A stretch of DNA of 64,000 nt from Octopus vulgaris (Eukaryota): assembly GCA_951406725.2 (NCBI GenBank), contig OX597833.1:71610001-71674000 (forward strand). Direction: 5' to 3'. Shown here one piece after another: positions 40,870 through 52,724 of the stretch. Numbering within the stretch: the stretch's first letter is position 1; every line of letters begins with the position of its first letter. The notes beneath the pieces are model-generated. The model was not told the DNA's origin, made no database searches, and worked only from the letters and a program-made list of their open reading frames with translations. The translations under genes and the position numbers were made by a program.

Positions 40870-41085
40870 CCAAGGGGCCATGTAAAAAAAAAAACATTGG
40901 TGCTGGTGCCACGTAAAAAGCACCCAGTATGCTCTGTAAAGTGGTTGGCATGAAGAAGGTTATCCAGCTCTAGAAACCAAGCCAAAACACAATATGGAGC
41001 CAGGTGGGGGTCTCCAGCCTTGCCAGTTCCTGTCAAGCCAACCAATGCCAGCATGGAGAACAGACATTACATGTTGACGATGATG
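40870..41085 (+). mobile_element. SINE family 3 (3' part)
   Basis: GGTGCCACGTAAAAAGCACCC..GTGGTTGGC..TCCAGCT..ATGCCAGCATGGA..(GAT)n tail. Also at about 940-1110, 5600-5790(-), 12670-12820, 26975-27160(-) and 51550-51946. Confidence 0.75.
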
Positions 41086-41438
41086 AAAATTCCCACATTT
41101 GAAGAATCCACTGATGTGAAAGAATCAGTCTTAGTAAGGTTGGGGAACAGAGAGCGTGAGAATATCTCTCAGCTTTTTGTCCCACATGGTAACAATTCTG
41201 TCATTTTGCTGCATTAATACTTTTTTCTACTGAAAACACAAGGCCTGAAATTTGAAGGGAGGGAACTAGCTGATTACATCGACCCCAGTGTATGACTGGT
41301 ACTTAATTTATCAACCTTGAAAGGATGAAAGGTAAAGTTGACCTCAGTGGAATTTGAGCTCAGAACATAAAGACAGACGAAATGCCACTAAGCATTTTGT
41401 CCAGTATGCTAACGATTCTGCCAGCTTGCTACCTTAAT

Positions 41439-41803
41439 AACAAGAGCACTCAGAGAGCACAAACCTCCGCCAAGGCAACACCAACATCCTCTCAACAATT
41501 AGCTGGAGGTGATTTTTAAAATGAGAATATCTGAAATAAACTTGACTGCTCTCACAAACAAGAACACTGAAAATGAACTCAACTGCTCTTAAAAATTAAG
41601 TAAAAAACTGGAAAAATAATCCAGAATCCTTGTTTGGTACTGGATCAATCCCAAAATCTAATCAGTTCATGCCCTTCACAAGGCCAAACATCTCTGAAAG
41701 TTTCATCCAAATCCATCCAGTGGTTCTTGAGATATCTTGTCCACAGACAAACAAACAATCACAAGTGAAAACAATACCTCTGCCTTCGTCAAGGTGGACG
41801 TAA
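41439..41803 (+). mobile_element. Helentron-associated / pearl-like non-autonomous element
   Basis: 5' AACAAGAGC..ACCTCCGCC, (ACAA)n microsatellite near the 3' end, and terminal hairpin ACCTCTGCCTT-CGTC-AAGGTGGACGT (41776-41801) followed by AA. Confidence 0.55.
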
Positions 41804-42502
41804 TAATCTTGAGGTTATCGCACATACTGCTCCAGTATGATTTATATTGACTTTCTTGTGTTGTAATGACTTGAGTTTCCTGAAAAACTTTGGATATTTC
41901 GTCAAGTGTTTTAACAGAGACTTTCAAACAGGTATTTGTGTTGCTGTTATATAAGTAAGAGGTGTGGCACATATTTGTATTTAGTTTTAAAGTGTCTTCA
42001 TAAAATGATCAAAGAAGGTGACAATGTGAGTCAACAGTCAGACACGATTTGATATTACCTGATACGGGGTGAAGGTAATGTTTTGTCAGACAAGATTATA
42101 TAACTGGAGTCAAAAATAACTTCAAGAAATGAATAGAGTTTCAACATGTTATATAACCATGTTATGTAACCATGTTATGTAAGCATGTTATGTAAGCATG
42201 TTTAAGTTAACATAAAAGAGACTCGTTTAATTATGAGCTAATAAACATTTTTATATTGTGATAATCTGGAATGTTTTATGTGTGACAATTGTAGAAGAGA
42301 ACAAATGTGTAGGTGTTCTACTCCAGGCCAGTTGTAATTAGAAAGATCCATGTTCAAAGACATTTCTTTTAGGATCATACCATTTTCTTTTTTGTCCTTA
42401 GGCAAAGTCTGTTTATGACTACATTGTCCAATGGTTGTCCTGAGATCAAATAATGTCTGTGGTAACTTTGCCTTTCTTCTTTCTGGGGTCAATAACATAA
42501 AT

Positions 42503-42661
42503 TGTGGCTGCATGGCAAGAGGCTTCTTTCCCAATATCATTGGTTCCGGGTTCAGTTCCACTGTGTGGCATCTTGGGTACGTGTCTTCTACTATAGCCAT
42601 AGGTTGACCAAGGACCTGTGAGTGGATTTGATAGGCAGAAACTGAAAGAAGCCCGTCGTAT

Positions 42662-42703
<42 letters not shown>

Positions 42704-42759
42704 ACACATATATACATGTATATGTATACACATATATACATGTATATATATACACATAT

Positions 42760-42790
<31 letters not shown>

Positions 42791-43006
42791 CACACAATAT
42801 ATACATGTATATATATATATATATATATACATCATATATATCATGTATATATATATATATATATATATATATGCCCTTCCTACGCCACATATGTAGTGGG
42901 TGCTTAAACCTGAATGTGCAGGCGGGCTTGAACGACGGTCAGTTAACAAATATCCATTTATTTTACGTCCACCAGACCAGGGATCCTGGCTGGTTCAATT
43001 CGAATG

Positions 43007-43043
<37 letters not shown>

Positions 43044-43625
43044 TGAAGGCTGCAGATTCCTAATTCCGAAGGAATAAGGAGAACATTATGCAGAATGTTC
43101 TCCTTATTCCTTCAGAATTAGGAATCTGCAGCCTTCGAAACATCTGTCGAGAATAAAGGATATTTGTTAACTAGTCGTTCAACTCCATTCTTTCATATAC
43201 TTATAATTTTTTAAATAAACATACAAATTTCCACATGAAGACATGTAGTCTATGCCCTAGGGACGTAGCTTCAACCGTGTTCTTTCTGATGTGAATTTGC
43301 TACCCAGGTATCGGTTATCTTTCGAATTATCCTTAACAAGATAATTCATTCAATTACTCAAATATATATATACATATATACATGTATATATATATATACC
43401 TATGTGTGTGTCCATGTTAATCCCCACCACCACCACTTGACAACTGGTGTTGGTTTGTTTATGTCCCTGTAACTTAGTGGTTCAGCAAAAGAGATCAATA
43501 GAATAAGTACCAGGCTTTAAAAAAAATAAGTACTGGGTTTGATTCATTCACCTAAAATTCTTCAAGGTGCTGCCCCAGCATGGCCACAGTCAAACGCCTG
43601 AAACAAGTAAAAGATAAAAGTACTG
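42503..43625 (+). mobile_element. SINE family 1 split by an insertion (42873-43360) in its internal (TA)n
   Basis: 5' half at 42503-42660 and 3' half at 43400-43625 are collinear with the family consensus. Confidence 0.75.
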
Positions 43626-43708
43626 GAATCCTTCCCTTTGTTACCATATTTCTGTTGAAACTCATTGGTTTCGTTTTGATTATTTTTGAGAATAATAAAG
43701 AATTTATA

Positions 43709-43870
43709 GGTGCAGAAGTGGCTGTGTGGTAAGTAGCTTGTTTACCAACCACATGATTCTGGGTTCATTCCCACTGCATGGCATCTTGGGCAAATGTCTT
43801 CTACTATAACCTCAGGCTGACCAAAGCCTTGTGAGTGGATTTGGTAGACGGAAAGTGAAAGAAACCCGTC

Positions 43871-43926
<56 letters not shown>

Positions 43927-44129
43927 GGCCTAGTGGTTAGGGCAGCGGACTTGCGGTAGGATCGCGGTTTCGATTCCCAGACCGGGCGTTGTGTGTGTTT
44001 ATTGAGCGAAAAAAATACCTAAAAGCTCCACGAGGCTCCGGCAGGAGGTGGTGATCCCTGCTGTACTCTTTCACCACTCTAAAGGCGGTGCTAGCATGGC
44101 CGCAGTCAAATGACTGAAACAAGTACAAA

Positions 44130-44222
<93 letters not shown>

Positions 44223-44417
44223 CTATGTTTGTCCCCCCAACATCGCTTGACAACCGATGCTGGTGTATTTTCGTCCCTGTAACTTAGTGGTTCGGCAAAA
44301 GAGACCGGTAAAATAAGTACTAGGCTTACAAAGAATAAGTCCTAGAGTAAATTTGCTTGACTAAAGGCGGTGCTCCAGCATGGCCGCAGTCAAATGATTG
44401 AAACAAGTAAAAGAGTA
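43709..44417 (+). mobile_element. SINE family 1, hosting a nested SINE and itself inside a MITE
   Basis: 5' half at 43709-43872 and 3' half at 44210-44417. Confidence 0.85.
43926..44147 (+). mobile_element. tRNA-derived SINE (family 5) with family-1-type tail and poly(A)
   Basis: GGCCTAGTGGTTAGGGC (A box) and GGTTTCGATTCC (B box); tail AAAGGCGGTGCTAGCATGGCCGCAGTCAAATGACTGAAACAAGTAC-(A)n. Confidence 0.8.
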
Positions 44418-45192
44418 TTTAATAAAAATCACTTTGCTATTAATAAGTTGGTGATTGGAACACAAATTAAGAAAATTTGATGAAAAGTTTTAATTTCGAT
44501 CCCTTTAAAACAGGAAATTTGTAGAATAGGACCAGGTGGCAGTCTCAGACAGGTAGATATCAAAAGGATTAGACAATCAGTTGAGATTGGGGGGCTATTT
44601 CTAGCAGATAAAATAACCATGTAAAAGCCCCATCCTTAGCATGTGTGTGTGTGTGTGTGTGTGTGCACGGTTGTCATAGCAAGACAAAATGTTTAACCTT
44701 GATGTTACATGATAAAAGTATAAAAGTTCTGTGAAACCTTATCTGTGAAGTTTAGTGACAGGAAGAGCATCTGGCCGCAGAAACATCCACCTCCGCAGTT
44801 TCCTTTCACCCAGGGCAAAGTGAACTTTAAAATAAACAAGACAAACTGACATGCAAATTGTAGCAGATAAAATTTTATTCAGAGACCAGGATATTTACAG
44901 ATACTCTGAGTATTAAAAGTTCTAAAGGGCTCTTGGATTTAAAAAAATACAAAAAAAATTTAAGGCTTGTTTAAAAAATATAACCAGATTTGAAATGAGG
45001 AGAGAATTGAAAATGGTCATCAGTATCTTAAAATAATATTTTTTTTTGTCTCCAATGTGTGAACACAAATAGAGATTTTTTTTAAATGGTAGCCTAATGA
45101 CACAGAAATGATACATTAATTAGATGAATTCGTTTCAAGTTATTTATAGTATTTCCAACAGACTTTTATTAACATCCTGTTTATTGTAAGTG

Positions 45193-45530
45193 AAGGCGCA
45201 TGGCTCAGTGGTTAGAGTGTCGAGCTTACGATTGTGAGGTTGTGAGCTCGAATCCCGGACCGGGCTGCGTGTTGTGTTCTTGAGCAAGGCACTTTATTTC
45301 ACGTTGCTCCAGTTCACTCAGCTGTAGAAATGAGTTGCGACGTCACGGGTGCCGAGCTGTATCGACCTTTGTCTTTCCCTTGGATAACACTGGTGGCGTG
45401 GAGAGGGGAGGCCGGTATGCATGGGCGACTACTGGTCTTCCATAAACAACCTTGCCCGGACTTGTGTCTAGGAGGGTAACTTTCTAGGTGCAATCCCATG
45501 GTCATTCATGACCGAAGGGGGTCTTTACCC
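45193..45530 (+). mobile_element. tRNA-derived SINE family 4, full length with 13-bp TSD
   Basis: TGGCTCAGTGGTTAGAG (A box) and GAGCTCGAATCCC (B box). TSD TTTATTGTAAGTG at 45180-45192 and 45531-45543. Confidence 0.9.
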
Positions 45531-47665
45531 TTTATTGTAAGTGTTCAATAGTAGAAGATGAATTATGGACAGCAATCTTCTTGGGAACTGGGTCTTATTG
45601 TCCATTAAAGTGACTGTAGTGTATGCATCAGAACAGAGGGCTTTCTAAGGGGCCATACAGTTTATTTATTGTGTAGTGGATGTACGGCAGGGTTCGAAGG
45701 GGAAAGAGAGGGGGTGGCTCTGTATTGCTGCAGTGAATTATTTTGTAATCGACAAAGCATGGAAATTAAATGTGAATGCACGAACCTTGCCAGTCTCAAC
45801 CAGTCAAGAACATTCACTCGACAGAACCAACTCTAAAGAACCCTGGTGCCAAACATGGTACTAATTAAAAATGCAGTGCTGCACTCTCTTGCATTAATTA
45901 ACTTAAAGCTGGAAGGGTTTAATTAGTGAGCAGAATAAAATCTCAGGAAATCAAGGATTAAATTCCTTCCTCTATGAAATAATAATTTATTACCTTTAAT
46001 TAAAACCTCTGTTAATTACTTAATAGAAAAAAGTTATGGGGTATCGAAGAACTGTTTTATTGAGAGAAGGTATTTCGCAAGAATTTAAAAAGAATTTGGT
46101 GTGGCTGTTTGATGAAGAAGTTTGCTTTCCAAGTACATTGGTTTCGGTTTCAGTTCCACCGTGTGACACTTTGGACAAGTGTCCTCTACTATAGCCCTGC
46201 TTTGACCAAAGCCTTGTGAAAGTATTTGGCAGTTGAAAACCAAGGAACCTGTCCAAGAGTGAATGCCTTTGCGTCTCCTTGTCTTGACATTGGGTGACTG
46301 TTGTCGTTGGGTGTCAGCATCCTGCAAGCAGGGTCATTCGTTCCCGGTCTTCCATGAAAACATGTCTGGCAATGAGGAAATAATACTTTGCTTTCAAACA
46401 GGTGAAGGTTGGTGGCAGGAAGGGTATCCAGCCATTGAAAACCTGTCTCAACAAATTCCATCTGACCCATGCAAGCATTAAAAATCAATGGATATTAAAA
46501 TGAGGAATACAGCTCATGACTTTGGGGTTGAGTACATCACAGGCTTTTTTGTTGTTTCCTTATCATCACAAATTTATTCCCCATAAAACCCTTTTCACGG
46601 TCAGATTTGTAACAAAATACATTGCCTGTATGTTCCAGGTCCATTTGAAGACAATCAAGGATTTGGAGGGATTTAGTAAAATAATTAACTTTGTCATTAT
46701 TAGACTGGTGTCTTTAACGAGGTTTTTGTTTTTTCGTAAAATTATGACAGATTAAAAATTTTTTAATTAAAATATGAACACTTTAAAATGAAAAGTGTTT
46801 TCTCTTTCTTTTTTTTTTTTATAGAACCAGAATTTGTCTCAAGCAGGATTGTATCAAAGAGGGCTAAGACCTTGAGATTTAGTTTTAGGCCACAGATCTA
46901 AGCTGTAGGTTGATGGAATGGTTTCAAGGGTGGCCTTAATAATCTTAAATAGTTAAATGTCAAACTTGAGAAGACTTTGTCCAACAGAATTCCATTTCTG
47001 ACACGATCGATAAATTTTGCTCATCTTTCTGTCATTTGCCAACAGAATTAAAGATGAACAAATGAGGAGAAACTGAAAACCATAAGTAGCTGGGTTGATA
47101 AGGGTAATGGCCAACCATTTGAAGGATTGGCTGTTGATCTCCTCTCATTGACACAGGACTGTATCCATTGGCCAAGACACTTATCAATGACCATGTTTAT
47201 CTCGTTCTAAGCAGGTATTAGGTGTTATCAGCTCTTTAAATGCCTTTCAGGGCTCAAAAGTCATTTAAGATCTTACATTAAGAAAGAGCAATTATAGAGA
47301 GAAAGATAGATCAAGTGCTGCAAGGAGCAGACAGCCCCCACACATATCTATATGTATCTATATTTGCTGATAATGATTATGACTGCTTCAAAGTTATTCC
47401 ACCCATCAAGCATCCATTTGAAGGTGTTGTTTGTGCTGAAATCATGATGGCTGTTTGCAACAGTTTTAAAAATTTTTTCTTTTGTTTTTTCTTTTGAAGT
47501 ATTGCTAATTTTTGAAAGTTATGAGTTAGACTTCCTTGTAGAGTCAGCCAGAACAAGATAAATACAAGTTGTGTCCTCTGCAGTGACTGGCCAAATGATG
47601 CTGGGATTCCAAGTAAACATTTGACCAATATATGACCACATAGTATAATATAATATCTGATATAA

Positions 47666-48063
47666 TCTTTATATATAAAAGTGAGGTTGTGTGCTGTCTG
47701 TCTCCTACGATTTAGATTCCTAACTACTCCCACATTTTGCGGTGCAGTTTAACCAAAACCGGGCATCTTATAGTCGTGATTCATATCGAGCCCTTCTGGG
47801 TATTAGCGCGTGTCTACGATGAGTCTACGATTTAAAAAAAAAATTACCATCATTTTTTCCCATTTTAATGCATTTTTTCGCTATTATATAAGGGAAGTAA
47901 TTCTCTAAAAATGTCTACGATGAGTCAACAATTAAAAAAAAATTTACCATAATTTTTTTCCCATTTTTAATGCATTTTTTTGCTATATTTTGGCCAACTC
48001 TCAAAAAATGCTTATTTAGTTATTTCCCTTACAAACCTGAGCAACGCCGGGCGATACTGCTAG
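47666..48063 (+). mobile_element. Non-autonomous Helitron (398 bp)
   Basis: A|TC start (47665/47666), CTAG|T end (48060-48064), GC-rich imperfect hairpin CCTGAGCAACGCCGGG about 12 nt upstream of the end, no TSD. Internal ~100-bp tandem duplication at 47811 and 47912. Confidence 0.85.
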
Positions 48064-49741
48064 TAGAATATAAAATATGATAAAATACAGAGAGACTGAT
48101 GGGGGAGAAGGATATATGAATAGGATTACCAAAAAGCCAAGACTTAAATAATAAAATGTTTGTTGAGAGGAGATGGACTGATATATTGAGCAAGTTGATT
48201 ATCCAATTTTGGTAGGTTATGAATTCAGATGTTTGGAATTGGTGAGGATTCTTCTACAGGAACTTTAGAGAGTTCTTCAACAGTTTCTTGAAGTTGTTTC
48301 AAATAACATTCGGTGTTTCATTTCTTTTCTTTTATGATTAGGAAAAAATTTAGATTTACTGGTTATTAGAAAAATAAACAATTTAAAAGCAGTAGAAAGA
48401 GGTAGATGAGCTGTTAGGAACAGGCCATTATTTTATTTAGCTTTATGTCAGCAATGATTGAGTAATCATATAATCAAAGGTGTTCCAGCTGTGGCCATCA
48501 AGCCTTTTTTTACACACACACACACACACATATATGTGACATACAATATTTAGGTCTATAGTACATCCAATGCCTCTCTTCTTTTTGTATGACAGAAGGA
48601 TATAAGTTGAGGCCGAGTTTGGCTGCTGTCTCTAGCTAGTTGAATGAGAATGTAGAGGCTCCTTTGGTTTGGCACTCTACTATTGAGTCTACATTGACTT
48701 GGAATAATGCAAAAATAGTCTTGATTGATATTCAAAGAACACTGATTGGGAAATTCAGAAGTAACTCGTACAGGGTTTACTGATCAGCTTTAGATGCAGT
48801 GACCCACGGAACCAGTGTTTATATATTTCTGTATTAAGAGCAATACACCCACTCTTATATAAACCTGTATTACATGCATAATGTTGTTGTTTAGCCCTAG
48901 AACAGCTGTGCTCTAGTAAGCCTGTGATGAAAAGCATTCTATTTTCACAGACAGTGTGCCGTATCCAGGATCACATCACCCAGTTTGTACTTATTCCCCT
49001 TTTAAGATGGTAGGAATATAAAGGAGATTTAGCTGTTATTTCTAGCAAATTGCACAAAAGTGTAGACACTCTCTTACTGGATTATATATTTGCTTATGAT
49101 GTAAGTTTTCAAGATGGTAGGGTGTGAGACAGGAGATTTAGTTGCCATTTCCAGCATGTTGCATAACAATATAAAGACCCCCTCTCTCTCTCACTAAAAC
49201 AAAACCCAAATCAGAACTCCACCTTTCTGTTTGACTTTCCTCACACCAACATTTTCCAGTTACACTTAATAGCCTGGTGAGGCATGACAGTCACAACTCT
49301 GTCTGATTTTCCTCAGTTCAGTCACTACATGAAGGTGGATACCCCAATGTAGTATGGGGGGAGGGGGAGTCGATAAAACAACAACATTCTATGAATACAC
49401 ATACAGGGGGGAGGTGGGGACAGATGGCAGTCAACGAGTGGAGTCAGTTGAGTTTGGGTTTTGCATTCTGAGTTCAAAACCTGCTAAAATTGACTTTGCT
49501 CTGCATACTTCTGGGGTTGATAAAATACCAGTAATGTACTGGGTCGACTCTTCTTTTTGTCTCTCCCAGAATTGGCCGTAAAAGAGTCACATGTGGGTGG
49601 GGGTGATCTCATGCAGTGCTCCCTTCTTCAAAGACATTGTTGGTCTAAGTGCAAACAAACTCTTCTCAATGAGTATGTGACAAAAGGCATCCAAAGTAAC
49701 CAGAGAATATGGCAAAGGTGGACAGACAGATGTATTGTATG

Positions 49742-49774
<33 letters not shown>

Positions 49775-49879
49775 GACAGGCATAGATGTATATATATCTC
49801 TAGTATTACAAAATGTATATTCAGTCAGACCTGGGTTTAGCTTTGATGTGAATTGTTTTGTAGAAAAGGCTATAAAACT

Positions 49880-49885
49880 TTTATT
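49880..49885 (-). promoter_or_regulatory. Candidate polyadenylation signal of gene B
   Basis: AATAAA on the minus strand about 220 nt after the stop, with a (GT)n tract further downstream. Confidence 0.4.
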
Positions 49886-50101
49886 AAAAAGTAGTTAAAT
49901 TAAAATTTTTTTTTTTTTAAAAACTGCTCTTCGCATTAAATTTTTAGATTTTTGTGTTATATGTTTTCATATTTTTTATATTTAAAATTTATATTATTAC
50001 CACATGTTCAATATTTACATTTTTAACTCATGTAATTTTTTTTTCAAACTTTTACACTGGAACGTCAGAGCTGAAAGTAATGGAAACCTGTGTGGCTGAA
50101 A

Positions 50102-50892
50102 TTAATATGTTATATAAGAAGACTTCCTGAAGTGTCTCCAGAGGAGAATGGCCATCTTGAAAACAAAGAATGCCCCACTGGCAGACAAACAGATCAGAAT
50201 CAAAACGTCTATTCGGTCATAGACATCTGTATTCAGCTGTTTGTAGACCACACCACAGAAGGCAACGATGAACACTATGTACTCGCTGAACAGGTAACGT
50301 GTGTAGTTGTCAAGGGCAATAACATCGAGAAGGAACCAGGTGGAGATGATGACGAGGATCATGATGACGGCAGTGAGGTCACAGGTATCCGGGTCAACTT
50401 TCCAGGAGTAACGCATTGCGATGTCTAAGTTTAAGTGAGTGGCAACTAACAGCCATGCCGCATAAAATGCGATGCCATTCTGCACGAAAAAGCGAATGAG
50501 CCAGACGTGGACAAAGAGCTTTGTTTCATTGATGAGGTCATAATTGTTGGTGAGGACGTAGCATGAAATGCTGATACAGGTGACCGCACTGACGAACATG
50601 AACAGCAATACAAAGAGGCTGACTATGAACAGCTTCCGGTCGAAGAGAATGAGCCAAGAGATATTGAGGAGCAGGTTGACGGAATAGATGAAGAAGAAAA
50701 GGCATGGCATGAAGATGATGCTGGTGTAAACGTATTCGTTGCTGACTTTCAAAAAGATGGCCACTATACTGTATACGAGCCACAGAATCATCCAGAAATA
50801 GATGAAACCCCAAATGCTAAAGGTCCAGCCAGCTGGTGTGAGTCGGGTTGGGTAAAAATCAGACACATTTCCTGTTTCAGTCGTGTAAATAC
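50102..50892 (-). CDS. Gene B last coding exon: paralogous multi-pass membrane protein (si:ch211-161h7.5 / TspO-MBR-like family); first exon not located
   Basis: Minus-strand acceptor TTTCAG at 50898-50893, phase 1 at the same Gly as gene A. Intact frame GIYTTETGNVSDFYPTRLTPAGWTFSIWGFIY..VWLIRFFVQNGIAFYAAW..LDNYTRYLFSEY..SYITY-stop, with about 7 hydrophobic helices. Confidence 0.92.
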
Positions 50893-51379
50893 CTGAAATT
50901 AAATCAAAATGAGGCAGGTAAGTATGGAGAAAGGAAGGAAGGAAGGGAAAAGACATCAATAGAGGAATTAGAAAACAACAACAAGAAAAATACCAAAGAA
51001 AATCTAATCAAAACACAATTATGCCATTACCTTTTACCTTTCTTGTATTGAGTGTGGGATGATGTACCTATTTCTGTGGCAGAAACACCTGTTGGAACCT
51101 TCCTGGGCCCCTAATTTGTGTGGCTAACAGACAATGCCACAAGGTTCCTTGAAGGTCCGTTGTACCATTGCCAACGAAGGAGCCTTTATGTTGTTGTTTG
51201 ATTGGTTTGTAATAACAATGAAATGTCCACAGATCCCATTCTATAGCCTTAAAACAAGAAGGACACATTGGAAAAGGGAAGTCCAAGAATTACAAATAGA
51301 TGAGGATGGTGAGGCCAGTATGCCTTTGATATTAGGTCTACTCAATCTCTCTCTCTCTATCTCTCTCACTCTCTTTCTA

Positions 51380-51411
<32 letters not shown>

Positions 51412-51549
51412 TTTCTCTCTCTCTCTCTCTCTTTCTATCTCTCTCTCTCTCTCTCTCTCTATCTCTTTCTCTCTCTCTCTCTCTCTATAAATATATATAT
51501 ATATATATATGAGAAAGTGAGAGAGAGATAAATAGCATAAATACTTTAT

Positions 51550-51946
51550 TGTTGAATGGTGCTTTTTATGTGCCACTTGCTAGTGGTATGCAATAAGCAC
51601 CATTCATGCGTGGGTCGTTGCCAGTGCCGCCTCATCAACTCCCCATGCTAGTGGCATGTAAAAAGCACCATCCGAACGTGGCGGGTGCTAGCTCTCCTCG
51701 CCCTGACTGGCTTCTGTACCAGGTAACATGTGACTGGTACCAGTGCCGCCTGATTGGCTCCTGTGCTGGTGGCATGTAAAAAGCACCCACTACACTCTCA
51801 GAGTGGTTGGCGTTAGGAAAGGACATCCAGCTGTAGAAACCTTGCCAGATCAGACTGAGCCTGGTGCAGCCTCCTGGCTTGACAGACCCAAATCAAACCG
51901 TCCAACCCATGCTAGCATGGAAAATGGACGATGATGATGATGATGA
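51550..51946 (+). mobile_element. SINE family 3 with internal tandem units
   Basis: Repeated GTGGCATGTAAAAAGCACC, then GTGGTTGGCGTTAGGAA..CCCATGCTAGCATGGAAAATGGACG-(ATG)n. Confidence 0.8.
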
Positions 51947-52494
51947 TATATATATATATATATAAACACACACACATGAAATGACTGGGGGGAATATGCA
52001 GGGTTTCTGCTGCATGAAAACTTGATAGTAAAGTGGATGAAGGATGTGTTCATACAGAACCATATGATTTACTGCTCTAATCGTTTGAGTTCCGCAGTAA
52101 TAGTTAGACCATGCTTAGCTGATGAGGTCCAATAACATTGAAACTTATCCTGTTAGAATGTCAGACTTATTCTCCAACTGTATTTTATATTCAATTAATT
52201 TACATTAAAATTTCACAGTTGTTCCCATTATCTTTTGTTGTTGTTGTTTTTAACCAGAATTAGTAATTTGGATAATGGTGGTTCTCCTCACAAAAGTCTG
52301 CTTTTAAACTTATAATTATAAATAACAAAAATGGTCTGTTGTTATTGTTGTCTTCTAAAAGATCCCACCAACAAAATTTAAAAAGCAAAGGAGTCAATCA
52401 CTAAACTCACAAACATCTATCTAGAACTCTTTCTCTTGTTTGTGAGACAAAAAGTGTGTGCATATATGTCTCTCTCTCACCATCTATCTACATA

Positions 52495-52724
52495 TATATA
52501 TTTCTTTATTGCCCACAAGGAGCTAAACATAGAGGGGACAAACAAGGACAGACAAAGGGATTAAGTCGATTACATCGACCCCCAGTGCATAACTGGTACT
52601 TAATTTATCGACCCCGAAAGGATGAAAAGCAAAGTCGACCTCGGCTGAATTTGAACTCAGAACGTAACGGCAGACGAAATACCGCTAAGCATTTCGCCCG
52701 GGGCGCTAACTTTTCTGCCGCCTT
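52495..52724 (-). mobile_element. SINE family 2 with 13-bp TSD
   Basis: Matches 8297-8517. TSD ATCTATCTACATA at 52482-52494 and 52725-52737. Confidence 0.88.

Noticed and set aside
45193-45265. tRNA gene (also 43926-43990 and the SINE family 1/2 heads)
   Set aside because: The tRNA-like head continues into a SINE body (with a TSD at 45193), and the acceptor stem does not close.
50893-50959. N-terminal extension MMSFPFLPSFLHTYLPHFDLIS of the 285-aa ORF
   Set aside because: Intronic pyrimidine tract upstream of an acceptor that is positionally conserved with gene A.
51550-51790. CRISPR-like repeat-spacer pattern (GTGGCATGTAAAAAGCACC)
   Set aside because: Internal tandem units of a eukaryotic SINE; the spacers are related to each other and there are no cas genes.
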